The notes under the pieces were generated by a model that was not told where the DNA came from, did not search any database, and worked only from the letters and a program-made list of their open reading frames with translations. From positions 3,337,159-3,401,158 of the forward strand of contig NC_069000.1 in assembly GCF_001194135.2 (NCBI RefSeq): 64,000 nucleotides of DNA, in the 5' to 3' direction. A program made the position numbers and the translations under genes. Shown here piece by piece: positions 1 to 13,057 of this stretch. Numbering within the stretch: the first letter of the stretch is position 1; every line of letters begins with the position of its first letter. This DNA comes from Octopus bimaculoides. Its lineage: Eukaryota.

Positions 1-413
1 GAAACGAACCTCGTAAACGCGAAGCCATACCTGCGTCTATGCAACCAATAATACCTATTGGAAACCAACAATAATTTAAAGCTCTTCTTCTTTAGTACAT
101 ATATCCCTGGAAACATATCCTCCATCACATATTAGTTGGCTGATCAGCAAGAGAATATTAATATAGTTTTAATTAGACTAAGATTTCTATGGAACGCACG
201 TATATTGATTTATGCATTCGTGTCTGTTTGTGTTCCGGTTTTTCATTGGTTTATCTTCTCTTTCACCCTCTCTTATACATGTGTGTGAATATCTGTATAC
301 ACATAATGTGTACATAATCATCAACATTTACTGATATCAAGGCAATACATCTCATATCTTTGCAGAACATATTTATATGTATCTTAAATAAACACACATA
401 CACACGTATATGA

Positions 414-446
<33 letters not shown>

Positions 447-973
447 TGTGTGTATATATATATGCGTGTAAGTTGGAATTTGGTAAGTAGATAGATATTC
501 TTAATATATATGCGATTGGATTGTAGTAAACAAATTATAGTATGTGCATTCAGGTAAGAGAAATGTGGATATATGTGTGTGCGTGTATATATATATATGT
601 ATATACATAGTGAAATATTGAATATGCACTTGAAGTCTGAGAAAATTAATTTACCTTTCCTTTCCCTTAACCAGTTTTGCACTAAAAACGACAAAAATGA
701 TAGACGACCGACAATATTCGTGTGGCCTTTCTTCATATTTGATTTTCTTAGCTGCTTCGATCGTAACGAATATAGAATTAATCGTAATTTTACGCCACGA
801 AACAATCGAGAAATTTCGAAATTCCTCATTTTCTCATGGTGCTTCGAAATTCACCTCTATCTTATTCTTTTCAGTAACTTTTTCCGAACCGCTAAGTTAC
901 AGGGACATAACACCAACATCGGTTGTGAAGCGATGGCGGGGGGAGTGGTACAAACACAGACGCATATACATAC

Positions 974-1021
<48 letters not shown>

Positions 1022-1289
1022 ATATATATATNNNNNNNNNNNNNNNNNNNNNNNNNNNNNNNNNNNNNNNNNNNNNNNNNNNNNNNNNNNNNNNNNNNNN
1101 NNNNNNNNNNNNNNNNNNNNNNNNNNNNNNNNNNNNNNNNNNNNNNNNNNNNNNNNNNNNNNNNNNNNNNNNNNNNNNNNNNNNNNNNNNNNNNNNNNNN
1201 NNNNNNNNNNNNNNNNNNNNNNNNNNNNNNNNNNNNNNNNNNNNNNNNNNNNNNNNNNNNNNNNNNNNNNNNNNNNNNNNNNNNNNNNN

Positions 1290-1320
<31 letters not shown>

Positions 1321-1976
1321 ACTTGGGGATGGTCATATTGCCAGTTAAGCCAATAAAAACACACGCACTGTATATTTGGTCTTAATTTGCTTCTGCTTTA
1401 TATTACATTAATCTTAATCTTATTTCGGCCAGAGTTCCTTCTTTCTTATGTGTGTCTCACCTTGCTAACTATCAGCCATTTTGTATTTTGTATTCCTATT
1501 GTATGTGTCTACGCATGCGTGTCCTTCAATGTGTCTGTGTCTGTCTATACATACATACAGAGAGAGAGAATGTTGAATGTTTCCATGTATGTGTATCCTT
1601 CATTTGATCTATAATATACCGACAATGACGAATTAACGTAATCTATGCAAGGAAGATTCTGCGAAGTTAATCTACTCCGTAATATTTACAGATAAACCTC
1701 ATTTCCAACCGCATCACACTTTACGTTGGCAAAGGAAAATCCATCGCAATTCATAGAACTTTTCTTCGGTTCTAAAATCTTCACAATCTCGATAATTACA
1801 TGAAGTGAATCTTGAAGAGATGTCCCTATGTCTACTTGCGAATTTTAGCTTGAAATGTCGTATGAAATTATATCTCAATGCTGCCCGTTTCCTGCTTGGA
1901 ATATAAGTTTTCGACTTGAGACCTTAATTAATTTTCGCTTTTTCTTTTGGCGGGCAGGGTGGGTGCACGCTCCCGT

Positions 1977-2104
1977 TTAAAGATTTGAACCAATAAACCC
2001 CTCTCTTAGCGATAATGGTAAAATCAACTTAAAATTATTGCATGTTCTTGAGTATCTCAGACAATGTTTAAAATTTCTTTCCGCTTCTCTTACCAAAGAA
2101 TCCT
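1977..2104 (-). CDS. Possible terminal exon: (E)DSLVREAERNFKHCLRYSRTCNNFKLILPLSLREGFIGSNL*
   Basis: Acceptor cttatgtttatacaag. The phase-1 start fits exon 7, and it contains C-x6-C. No independent support. Confidence 0.25.
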
Positions 2105-2127
2105 CTTGTATAAACATAAGTAGATAA

Positions 2128-2162
<35 letters not shown>

Positions 2163-2260
2163 TATTTACATGCACATATACGAATTCAAACATCACTAGG
2201 CATATATAAAGGTTAAGATTTTGCATGTGCATTCACATAACTACCTCTTTAACAACGCAT

Positions 2261-2312
<52 letters not shown>

Positions 2313-3537
2313 GTATGTAATATATATATATATTGCATATATTCTGTGTGTGTGTGTGTGTGTGGTGTGTGTGTGGGGTGTGTGTGCCAGCAGGTGTGCA
2401 ATGATTAATATATAAGTTGTTAGTCACCGAGTGCCACTCAACAGAAATGTTACCGACGTCTTCATGGAATGGAATACCTGCTAATATTTATTTAGTCTTC
2501 AATTTCATTATTTCTACACACACGACAGAGCATATATGCACCTGCCAACATATTAACCGTGTTAACCACTTCTAACACTTCTGCTTTCTTTCTCCTCTTC
2601 CTCCTTTTCATTTTAGAAGTGTTATTTACAGAGAATGGCGTCTGTTGTATTCTTTCTCCAAACTTGGAACTGGCAGACAACCACCGAATAATTTTCTGGT
2701 ATTCGTGGCATAGTTTTCTCTGTATATATTTATATATCCTCAGTGGTTATTCACGTACGAGAAGTATATGAAAACAAAATTATATCTACATACCTACCTC
2801 CTCGAAACCACTAAAGAAATCACGTTTAAAACGTTATTCTCTATTTTCGTCCGTTTCTTCAATTCCTCCGTGGAAAATTCTAAAGAAAGTATGCCTGTTA
2901 ATTCTACCACCGCAAAGTAGTAAGAAGAGGTTACTTTGCCATCATCATCATCATTGCATCTACTATTCAATAACAACCTGATCATCTCTACAGACATCTG
3001 CCGTGAAGGCGCGTGACAAAGTGGTTAGAGTCATCGGCTCACGAATTTCAGGTCGTGAATTCGATTCCTGGTGGTGCGTCTGTTTCTTCAAGATCATAAT
3101 TACCAACAATAATCCTATCACAACCTAGATGGCTAGTCCACTCTCAGTGAAACCTTATCCTTTTGCTCCTAACAGTTTGCTTATTTTGCTATTAATCTTT
3201 AGGATTTATCTATTAGCCATATATCTCTCCAGAACAGAAAGACGAAAATATATATACACTGAGTCCAAGAAAATATAGTACGCCGAAGTCACTTCTTTCA
3301 ATAAATAATAATGAGACTCCAGGTGGAACACAGTTTCGTATCGTCAGTGAATTAATGTTTTATGATCAAGTAATACCAGACCACTTTGACCCCGCACAAA
3401 AGATAAACTGTTTTTATAAATTTCTATTGGGTAATAACGAGAAACGGGATAAATTAGTTGAGTCATTAGAACATACCGTGGACTCTATAGTGGTATCAGC
3501 TCTGTATATATTAGACTCGAAGTTCATATCACGCTCA

Positions 3538-3569
<32 letters not shown>

Positions 3570-3892
3570 CAACAACAAGACATTTTTTAAGTTCAGCTAT
3601 AAATTGAAACAACGGTGGACGTATACGAAAGTTGTAGTACATACAAAGATATACACTACAATATCTAAATAAAATAACATCAGGAATAGTTGCTTCAGAG
3701 ATACTGAAGAGATATTGAAGAGATGCTTGTTTTGCTTACAGGAATAGATTTATTTACACAGGACTTTTTTTTTTTTTTTTGTATTTCTAGAAAGCGTACA
3801 GTCAGTGCTTTCATATCTAATTGTGTAATTATGTAGAAGGTTCCGGATACGGAAAGAGATAAGTTAATTGAAACAACCAGAAATTCTACGAA

Positions 3893-3963
3893 TCAGCCAC
3901 GACGACTGTGAGCTGCGGTGAACTGCATTGTGTACATGCAAACGTGCAGGTGCGACTTATTTG
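3893..3963 (-). CDS. Possible downstream exon: (A)NKSHLHVCMYTMQFTAAHSRRG*
   Basis: A phase-1 start fits exon 7, and KSHLHVC parallels TTKVRVC of exon 3. The acceptor (catacatacag after an AT run) is weak. Confidence 0.25.
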
Positions 3964-3974
3964 CTGTATGTATG

Positions 3975-4049
<75 letters not shown>

Positions 4050-4053
<4 letters not shown>

Positions 4054-4193
4054 CAAATAAGTGGAGAGGATACAAAATCGACACACATCAACCGGTAAAC
4101 ATACCAGTATCTCTATTTATTCCACTAAATAAATAGACATGTTTACCGGCTGATGTCTGTCCATTTTGTATCCTCTCCATTTTAATTGCCGTA
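4050..4193. mobile_element. Palindromic (foldback) MITE-like element
   Basis: 40-bp arms at 4063-4102 and 4139-4178 with 3 mismatches, an inner ctatttatt/aataaatag pair, and TA flanks. Confidence 0.65.
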
Positions 4194-5439
4194 TAAATCA
4201 AGGGTAAACCAGTTTTACCCCCCACCCCCACTCCGCCCGTATATAACACTCAATTTCAAGAAAGCCACGCAATAACTAGCACTTGGGTATACTACCAGTA
4301 GTATATTGGATAGATACTATCCCTTAGTTGGTTTCTCAGCCTCTAACAGGCAGATAGACGGGTAGACAGACAGACAGACAAGCAGGCAGGCAGGTAGGCA
4401 GGCAGAGAGACAGGCAGGCAGACAAGCAGGCAGAGAGACAGACAGACAGATGTTAGTACTAGTTAAGCACTATAATCGCTGTAATCGATTAATCCCCCGC
4501 TCCACCCTGTGTCTATACAAGGAAGTAATATTAGTGTACGTTGTGGGGCTGAGGTGTTAGAGAGGAGTGAGTGGGTGAGAGTAAGGGATAAAGAAAGAGC
4601 ACGAGTGTGAGTGAGCCTGCAGGCGAGTGTGAGTGAGCCTGCAGGCGTGTGTGTATGAGCTGGAGTCTGTTTGTAGTAGGGTACGTATGTTTGAGTGAGT
4701 GAGAAATAAAGATAGGACATGTCTAGGCGATTGTGGAAGAGAAAGAAAGAGCGTGTGGGTGACAGAGAGAGAGAGGAAGAGAGAGAGTGAGTGAGCATTT
4801 ACAAGTGTGAGTGAATGTGGGGTAGAGTGTAGAAAGTGAGTGTGTGTTTGGTGTATTAATTGGCGGTTGAGCGACGCGAGTTAAGGTGCGGACATTTTCT
4901 GAGCTAAATAATTGCATGCAGAAGGAACAGACAAATATCTAAACTAACGCAGAGGAGAAATTGATACAAAAGAGAACACGAAATGCAGAAGAGTTGTTAT
5001 TTTGCAGAATATTTATATACAAGAAACGATGTAATTGGGAAGATGTATATGACTAAACGTTAATAAATAAATAGACGTTGGGACGATGTTAAATGTAAAA
5101 TTAGTGAGGGAGAGAGAGGAGGGCATTGGTGTTTTTAAAAACAGAACATAATGGCGGAGGTAGATTGAAAGAGAGAGGGTGAAAGGGACGAAATTCAATA
5201 TCGTCTGCTTTTGTTTGTTTTGTTGTTGTTTTTTACCTTATTTATTTTTGCAGTACGTGTAGGTAAACCGGTAAAAATACCGTCAGTTTACGAAGCTGAA
5301 ACAAGATATAACTATGGTAGGTGAAAATTGTAAGACAACATAGAGGGAGGGGGAGTAGAAACAAAAGAGTGATTGCCTGAGATACCGAGTGAGGGTCCCT
5401 TACAGTTTCAGAAAGGGAGAGAGGCAGAAAGAATACGAA

Positions 5440-5497
<58 letters not shown>

Positions 5498-5652
5498 GCC
5501 GNNNNNNNNNNNNNNNNNNNNNNNNNNNNNNNNNNNNNNNNNNNNNNNNNNNNNNNNNNNNNNNNNNNNNNNNNNNNNNNNNNNNNNNNNNNNNNNNAGA
5601 ATACGAAAGACAGAGAGAGAGAGAGAGAGAGAGAGAAAGAATGCGAAAGACT

Positions 5653-5705
<53 letters not shown>

Positions 5706-5923
5706 GCCGAGGGGCGGAGAGAGTGGGAACAAGAGAGAGATTGTCTGTAATAATGAGCGAGAGTACGTTAGAGTTTCGGGGGAGGGAGAGAGGGAGAAAG
5801 AGAAATAAAAGAAAATAGGAGAGAGGTGGAGCGGTAGAGGGGGTAAACTATTTTCGTGTATGAGGATATATTTCGGAGCTAAAATGGAAAGTAGAAAATA
5901 GATATGAGATGTGTGTGTGTACG

Positions 5924-5958
<35 letters not shown>

Positions 5959-5982
5959 TCAGATGATATATATATATATATG

Positions 5983-6019
<37 letters not shown>

Positions 6020-6428
6020 NNNNNNNNNNNNNNNNNNNNNNNNNNNNNNNNNNNNNNNNNNNNNNNNNNNNNNNNNNNNNNNNNNNNNNNNNNNNNNNNN
6101 NNNNNNNNNNNNNNNNNNNNNNNNNNNNNNNNNNNNNNNNNNNNNNNNNNNNNNNNNNNNNNNNNNNNNNNNNNNNNNNNNNNNNNNNNNNNNNNNNNNN
6201 NNNNNNNNNNNNNNNNNNNNNNNNNNNNNNNNNNNNNNNNNNNNNNNNNNNNNNNNNNNNNNNNNNNNNNNNNNNNNNNNNNNNNNNNNNNNNNNNNNNN
6301 NNNNNNNNNNNNNNNNNNNNNNNNNNNNNNNNNNNNNNNNNNNNNNNNNNNNNNNNNNNNNNNNNNNNNNNNNNNNNNNNNNNNNNNNNNNNNNNNNNNN
6401 NNNNNNNNNNNNNNNNNNNNNNNNNNNN

Positions 6429-6496
<68 letters not shown>

Positions 6497-6636
6497 ATGT
6501 ATACATACACATACACGAGAGCGGGGGTGAGAGAGGAGAGGGAGAAAGAGAGTGTTAGAAAGAGTGGTAGGTAGGAGAGAGGTAGAAGGGGGACAGAGAG
6601 AGGAAGAGAAGAGGGAAGGAGAGAGCGAGGGAGTGA

Positions 6637-6676
<40 letters not shown>

Positions 6677-7200
6677 TGAGAGAGAAATGTGTGAAACTAC
6701 TAAACGCTGCTGATAACAATCTGAAAGTATTGCAGAAGTTGGTTGGCATGAGATTCCCTAGTTTTCGTATTGCTGTGAAAGCGATATGTCTTGGATTTGG
6801 CTGTTGTTAATTGCATGCATAATGTAGGTAAACTTAGCACAAGGAATTGTAATGAACCAATGAATATATTATCGCATTCTTCTATTCCTACGTGAGGACA
6901 TCTCACCGTTTCCACCAGCGCCACCCACAAATATTACGCTCCTAAACACTGCATAGATTATTCACAGTTTACAAATTCTAATTTACGCTTGCAGACTCAG
7001 GCTTTGGAGGATCTAAACAATTTCCTAGCATAACCTGTAGTGTCGTACACAAGGCCCATCCGTGATTTGCAGGTGAGCAGCCTGCTTTCCAATCTCGTGA
7101 CATTGGGCAGCTTCTACAAGCGATTTTTATTTTAGCCTCGATATCAATAAAGCCCTGTGAACAGGTTTGTTAGATGTAAACTGAAATGGAACCGTTCTAT

Positions 7201-7425
7201 TTAACACTTCAACATTCAGATGACTTTGTCAAATATATTCATTGTTTCAAATTGGTTTTTATTGGTCATGCTTTTTCTCGTAACTTCAAGATTTCAATGA
7301 ATAATTGTATATTTTTCGAATGACATTACGTGGTAGGTGTGAGAGGCCCAATCTGGCCGGTTTGAACATGAAGCGTATAGAATATTTTGGCCTGGTAATA
7401 CCAGTTTAAATGCTAAAGGGTTGAA
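7201..7425. mobile_element. Non-autonomous TTAA-bounded (piggyBac-like) MITE, degenerate
   Basis: Left end ttaacacttcaacattc and right end aatgctaaagggttgaa are degenerate inverted termini. Confidence 0.5.
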
Positions 7426-7553
7426 CCGATGAAAATATATTATAAAACAGACCAAAGCGAAAAGTTGTGGTTGCAGCAGTTTTCATCAAAAATATACATG
7501 AAGGAAATTAACAACATCACCGCCACCAATGACAACAACAACAGATATAATAC

Positions 7554-7616
7554 CAAAATCGAATGTATTAATATCCCAGAGTGTTGCAGGTTTTAGGAAC
7601 AAAGAGATTTTACAGT
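7554..7616 (-). CDS. Candidate coding exon 7: (H)CKISLFLKPATLWDINTFDF, phase 1 to 1
   Basis: Acceptor ctttctatgttatctcacctcgcag and donor TTG|gtatta. 63 nt, in phase with exon 6 only if the UGA is read through. Confidence 0.4.
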
Positions 7617-8921
7617 CTGCGAGGTGAGATAACATAGAAAGGTGGCTAGATATACAAGAAAAGGCTGCGCTAGAAAATGGGTGGCTAGCTAGAATAGAAA
7701 TTGAATAGGTTGAAGGTAGGTGGAAAAAAAAAAGAGACCTCAGATTTGTGTGTTGGTAAATGTAAGGTGTTGAAGAGTGAGTCACAGCTTATAATAGTGC
7801 TAAGGCCATTTCGATCTGTTTGTGATAGCTGTACGGTGGATTGCCTCGACGCCATTTTAGTGGTGATACGCTTACGTTATCAGCTATGAAATGGCGAATG
7901 ATAAAACTCGATGCCAACACAATTTATAGGTCAGTTGAAAAGAAAGATTGCATTAGCATTAATAGTTTTATTGATGGTTTGCGAGCAATAGGCATGCCTG
8001 TGGTCGTGTGAGTGTGTGTGTGTGTGTAGGTGCGTATGGGTGTGTGTGTAGGTGCACACGCGAATGTGACTATGGTTATATGTGAATATGCGTGCGAGTT
8101 TGCGTATGTCTATGTGTGTATGTAAGTATATAAATATATATATGTATACATATATAAATATGCATGCATACATATATAGATATGTATATATATATGCATA
8201 TATGTATATATATATATATAGATAGATAGATGTGTGTATGTATTAATCTATATTTATATAGATGTGCTAAGTGCGTGTGCACAACTATTTACATACACAC
8301 ACGCACTCACACACATATGTAATATACGCATTTATGTACAAGCATACAAATTCATGCGAAGCTATTATACATTTATCAACAAGACACATACATACACTCT
8401 CTATCTATCTCCAAACACGTGCGTTTGTGTGTGTCTGCGCGCGTGCATGTATAACGAACTGAATGATAGGTGTTTATAATTCATATACATGACGAAAACA
8501 TTTCTACCTGCAGGAGGTTAGCAAAAGACTCAATAGCAATGTGTGTGGTGGGGAGATAATTTCTACAAAGCGCTATATGAATATTTATGTAGCGAACAGG
8601 TACAGGATTTAACTGCAGGTACGAAAACAGTTACTAAGGAGACTGAAATGCTAACATACTATAAATGCTTCTTTGTTTATTTTTCTACCCAAAATGGCTG
8701 ACTGAAAAATCAGATGTATTGTTTGGTTATAACAAACGTTCTTGCCTATGCCCTGTACTCAGTATTGAGTACTTTTCAGGAATATTTATCAAAAGTTTCC
8801 TAACAATAAGGTGACACATTTCCATGGCGTTCATGCACTGTATATGATACATAGTATTATCTTAACCAGCAAGGTAAGTTGGGGCTTATGGAAGCAAATC
8901 GTTATATTATATAGAACGTAC

Positions 8922-9001
8922 GAAATAATGGCTGACTTCAAGTCTGGAAACAAGCATGGGCGTTTCGAACAAACTTGTGAAAATGCTTGGAACAAGCAAA
9001 C
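8922..9001 (-). CDS. Candidate coding exon 6 with an internal UGA: (R)FACSKHFHKFVRNAHACFQT*SQPLF, phase 2 to 1
   Basis: Acceptor tgtgtgtatgttctag and donor TTC|gtacgt. It continues exon 5 in phase with C-x13-C. The TGA is at 8938-8940. Confidence 0.45.
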
Positions 9002-9329
9002 CTAGAACATACACACACTGATGACAACAGAGTTATAGCCTCTTAATCCTGTATCCCCAACAACAGATTTAATCCCTTGTTTGTCCTCTGTATCACAGAG
9101 AATATAATTCTCAAGCGTTCATATATTATACATGATATACATACCCACTTCTCATCAATCACCTCAGTAACTCGGGACTTATGAAAGGAAAGATTTATTC
9201 AACTCAGAACATATGAAACAAGGACTAACTAAAAATCTAGAAACAAGAATGGACGTTTCGGACAGGCTTATGAATACGCTTTGGAGAGACAATGAGTTAA
9301 AAGCTATTTCTTTGCAGTGGAAACAGAGT

Positions 9330-9500
9330 AAGGCAGAAATTTGTTTGTTTACATGTCTTACCGTTACGTAACGAAAAAAAAAACAGCGGATATAAATATA
9401 TGTGTTGAAACTATGCCTCAAATACCTCGAAATTAGTCGGTGGTTGTCTGCCAGATCCAAGTTTGGAGAGAGAAAGATTATAACTGATGCGAAAATCTGA
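9330..9500. repeat. Dispersed repeat, with an inverted copy at about 2630-2775
   Basis: ctccaaacttgga(a/t)ctggcagacaaccaccga(a/c)taattt is shared in opposite orientation. Confidence 0.75.
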
Positions 9501-9729
9501 AAATAAAACTGTTTCTTTCTTATAGTATCAAAGTAATTACTGTGTTCTTTTCTGTTTGCTGTACGTTACAGTTTTTTTTTTTTTTAATGCTGCAAACCGT
9601 GGAATCGTTCTTTATCTCGCGCTGAATAGCTCACTTTTCAGGTTTAACAGTGAATTATGGGGGCACGAGCGTGTGTAGTCAATACATTACACACATTATA
9701 TATATAACACACGCACATATACTTATGTG

Positions 9730-9772
<43 letters not shown>

Positions 9773-10245
9773 TACTTAAATATTCCATGTATGCTACATG
9801 TGTGCGTGCTTGCGCGCGAAAATATAAATTCTTCAGTACAAGAAAGTAAGTATTAGTAAGCTGTAGGAATTTTAAACTAACTCAGCTTCGATAACCGTAA
9901 ATATGTTTATGTATATGCAAGTATATATGTATGTGTCGGTATATGTTAATATGCTTGTTACTGACAGACATTACATGCACCCATGTGTCGATAAGTCCTT
10001 GTGTATCTGCGCATGTGTGTGCAGTTATCCATGATAGGATAGATGTATTTGTTGAGTGCAGAGTCAGCCTTTGGATATGTTTTGAAAGATTTCTGAGACA
10101 AGAGTTAGAAAAAAAATGTGAAGCAAAGAAACAAAGAGAAACTGGTAGTTAGAGAGAGAGGAGGAGATCGAGATGAAAAAGGCGGGATATGAGAGAAATC
10201 GAAGAGAAGGACAATGATAGAAAAGATGCAGTAGATGAGGAGAGG

Positions 10246-10286
<41 letters not shown>

Positions 10287-10296
10287 NNNNNNNNNN

Positions 10297-10342
<46 letters not shown>

Positions 10343-10848
10343 GTAAGATATAATAAATGAGGAAAGACACAGAAATATGAAGAATGAGAAAGAGAAGAAA
10401 ATATGGCGAAAAGGAGAGATAGGAGAGAATAGAATGGGGAGCAGAGAAAGAATAAATAAGAGTTCGATACATAGATAAAAGCAGATGCTGTAGAAAAATT
10501 ATACAAACATATATACAGATAGAGAGAGAGAGATAGAGAGAGTGCGAGGGAGCGAGAGTAAAAAGTGCGGGAAAGTAATAGAGAGGTGTAAATGAAGAAA
10601 AGCAGAAGATAGCAAAAAGTTGCTTAATCAAAGAAAAGGTGGGAGGAAGTGTTAGAGTGAGGAGAGGGGAAAGCAGTAAAGCAGACGATAGCAAAATATA
10701 CATACATGTGTATGTGTGTAAGTATAAATGTGTATACGTATATGTGCCTAAATATGCGTGCATATAGTAAAGAATGGTGTGGGGAAAGTAATAGGGAGAT
10801 TTGAGTAAAGCAGACGATAAGCCAAAGACACACAAACAATACACGTGT

Positions 10849-10891
<43 letters not shown>

Positions 10892-11176
10892 CGTGCGTGT
10901 GTGTGTGTAAAAGGACAGGAGAAAGAAGAGTTAGAGAAGATGGGGAAAGCGGTTTCGTGAAAATGGAAGAGACTTCAGATGTAAAGGTTGAATGGCACGC
11001 TACAACGACAGAAGTGTTGTATGTTTGTGTTTTACCCCAAACTGTTCTCAAGTGTATAAACCTATAACAACAGCAAGTTAGAAGGAGGAGGATGATATCA
11101 AAGGTTGTTTAACGGCGGCTAGAAGTGAGCAGATCAAATAAATAGCAACACACGCAAACATCATGGCGTATGTATA

Positions 11177-11218
<42 letters not shown>

Positions 11219-11326
11219 TGTATATGGACGTCTGTGTGCGTGTATATACGTACGTGTATCTTTACATATGTACCCATGTTTATGTACGTGTATACATGTG
11301 TGTGTATATCTGCGAGACAAAGACAC

Positions 11327-11384
<58 letters not shown>

Positions 11385-11538
11385 AGAGAGAGAGAGAGAA
11401 AGATAGAGTGCGTTGCTATGTGAAGATTCTTCTACAGCAACAAGACGAAAAATTGGACAACAAAGGAAAACAGAAAACACCATGTTCATCGACGCCATTA
11501 GCATCATCACGTTCATTTTTTAAAAATTGTTTCTCAAA

Positions 11539-11700
11539 GCGGTGAGCTGGCAAAATCGGTAACGAGTCCGACAAAATTGCTTGGCAGCATCTCTTCCAGC
11601 AATTTACGTTCTGAGTTCAAATTCTGTTTGTGCCAACTTTGACGGTCATCCTATCGGTGTTGATAAAATGTAGTCCCTTCCCCATCAAAATTGCTGAGCC
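11539..11700 (+). mobile_element. tRNA-like SINE family A, diverged copy
   Basis: Head gcggtgagctggcaaaatc...ttctgagttcaaattc (A- and B-box-like) recurs many times in the window. Confidence 0.75.
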
Positions 11701-11724
11701 CATCACTATTTCCGATACCAGTAC

Positions 11725-11867
11725 CTGAATAGCCATAGATATTCTACAAATCGTTGATGGGAGATTCGGCTGTTATCGCGCTGCTGGACATCTGTCACTG
11801 ACGGGTCCATGGCACGCTGAAATTCCGTGATCTGGTAGTTCTGGTCGCTGTAGTAGACGCTTCTCGT
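11725..11867 (-). CDS. Candidate coding exon 5: TRSVYYSDQNYQITEFQRAMDPSVTDVQQRDNSRISHQRFVEYLWLF(R), phase 0 to 2
   Basis: GC-elevated, high-complexity island. Acceptor ctcttcgttatctcgttggtag and donor CAG|gtactg. Only one frame is open across the 143 nt. Confidence 0.65.
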
Positions 11868-12947
11868 CTACCAACGAGATAACGAAGAGTACTTTCATGC
11901 AGCACAAGTCTATATCCGAGATCCTCTCGACGCAAATCACGCAGGATTCTGTGTTCTAACACCACATCTACCTTAAGTTAGACATCAAAATTGCCTTTTA
12001 GAAAGAATTATTTTATCCCTGCTTTTTTCCCCCCTATATATACCCAACAAGATCATTGTTGGGGTGCAGTTATCATCAATGTCAACATTATGAATGAACA
12101 TTTTCTTCCTCGTCGTTGTCATCAGCTCGCTCACCATCTCCTTCTTCCCCACCATCATAATCTTCGTGATCACTTAATTATCAACATCACACTCATCGTT
12201 AATCTGCTCCTTCGCGTCTTACTTTATTCTTAACATTTTCCCGCAATCATCGTCATCATCATCACGATCAGTATTATTCACATTGCTACCTCAAACACCA
12301 CTGCAACTCTCATCATCATCACAGTTGTTATGCTCAACTTCACTTTTACTAACCTCCTCCTCTCCCTCATTATCAAGTTCATAATTTAACTCCGCCCACA
12401 CTGCCTCCAACATTATCAGTACTGTCCTTAGATTGATCATCACCTTCGCTCTTAGCAGTGTCAGGGCACTCCCTTGAGGAAAACAAGTCCTGCCTCTTTA
12501 ATCAAATTAGTTTCGCTTATTAAACAGCATTTTGCTGCTCTATTTATTCGTTGTTGCTGTTATTTATGATGTTTTGATTTTATGTTAATACAATTAAAAC
12601 AGCGCACTGGGAGAACGGTTAACCCGTCGGAGAAAATGCTTAGAGGTATTTGTTCCGGCCTTACGTTCTGACGTGAAAATTTTAGTCGTCCCAGGGTCTA
12701 TATTGAAAACACTTGCTAAATCTGCTATACTATGAGACTGAACTCAAGGTCACAATTTTTGGAGGTAAACTTCTAAATCACAGAGCCACTCCTGCGCGTG
12801 TAAACACGCCATTTATGTTGTTGGGTAGCATTTTTATACAAACTAAATGTACAAATCTAGACAGACAAGTAGGAAGAGAGGAAGATGGAGAATTAGATGG
12901 ATGTAGGGAGAGAGAGACGGAGAGAAAGAGATAGATAGATAGATAGG

Positions 12948-13012
12948 AAAGAGATGGAGGGAAAGAGATGGAGGGAAAGAGATGGAGGGAAAGAGATGGA
13001 GGGAAAGAGATG

Positions 13013-13056
<44 letters not shown>
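12948..13056 (+). repeat. 14-mer minisatellite (GGAAAGAGATGGAG, about 4 copies) followed by (GATA)n
   Basis: Directly visible. Confidence 0.9.

Positions 13057-13057
<1 letters not shown>

Noticed and set aside
3005-3075. tRNA-like sequences here and at about 36725-36800, 56670-56720 and in SINE heads
   Set aside because: A- and B-box-like motifs are present but I could not build a complete cloverleaf; they are degenerate SINE heads.
5428-5710. Duplicated agaatacgaaagacagagag...gagaagccg on both sides of a gap
   Set aside because: Typical of redundant contig ends in scaffolding; probably an artefact.
8480-8530. Strong acceptor tcttttgctaacctcctgcag at 8508
   Set aside because: The downstream sequence gives an immediate stop, a stop after 8 codons, or a short Cys-free peptide with a weak donor; not used in the model.
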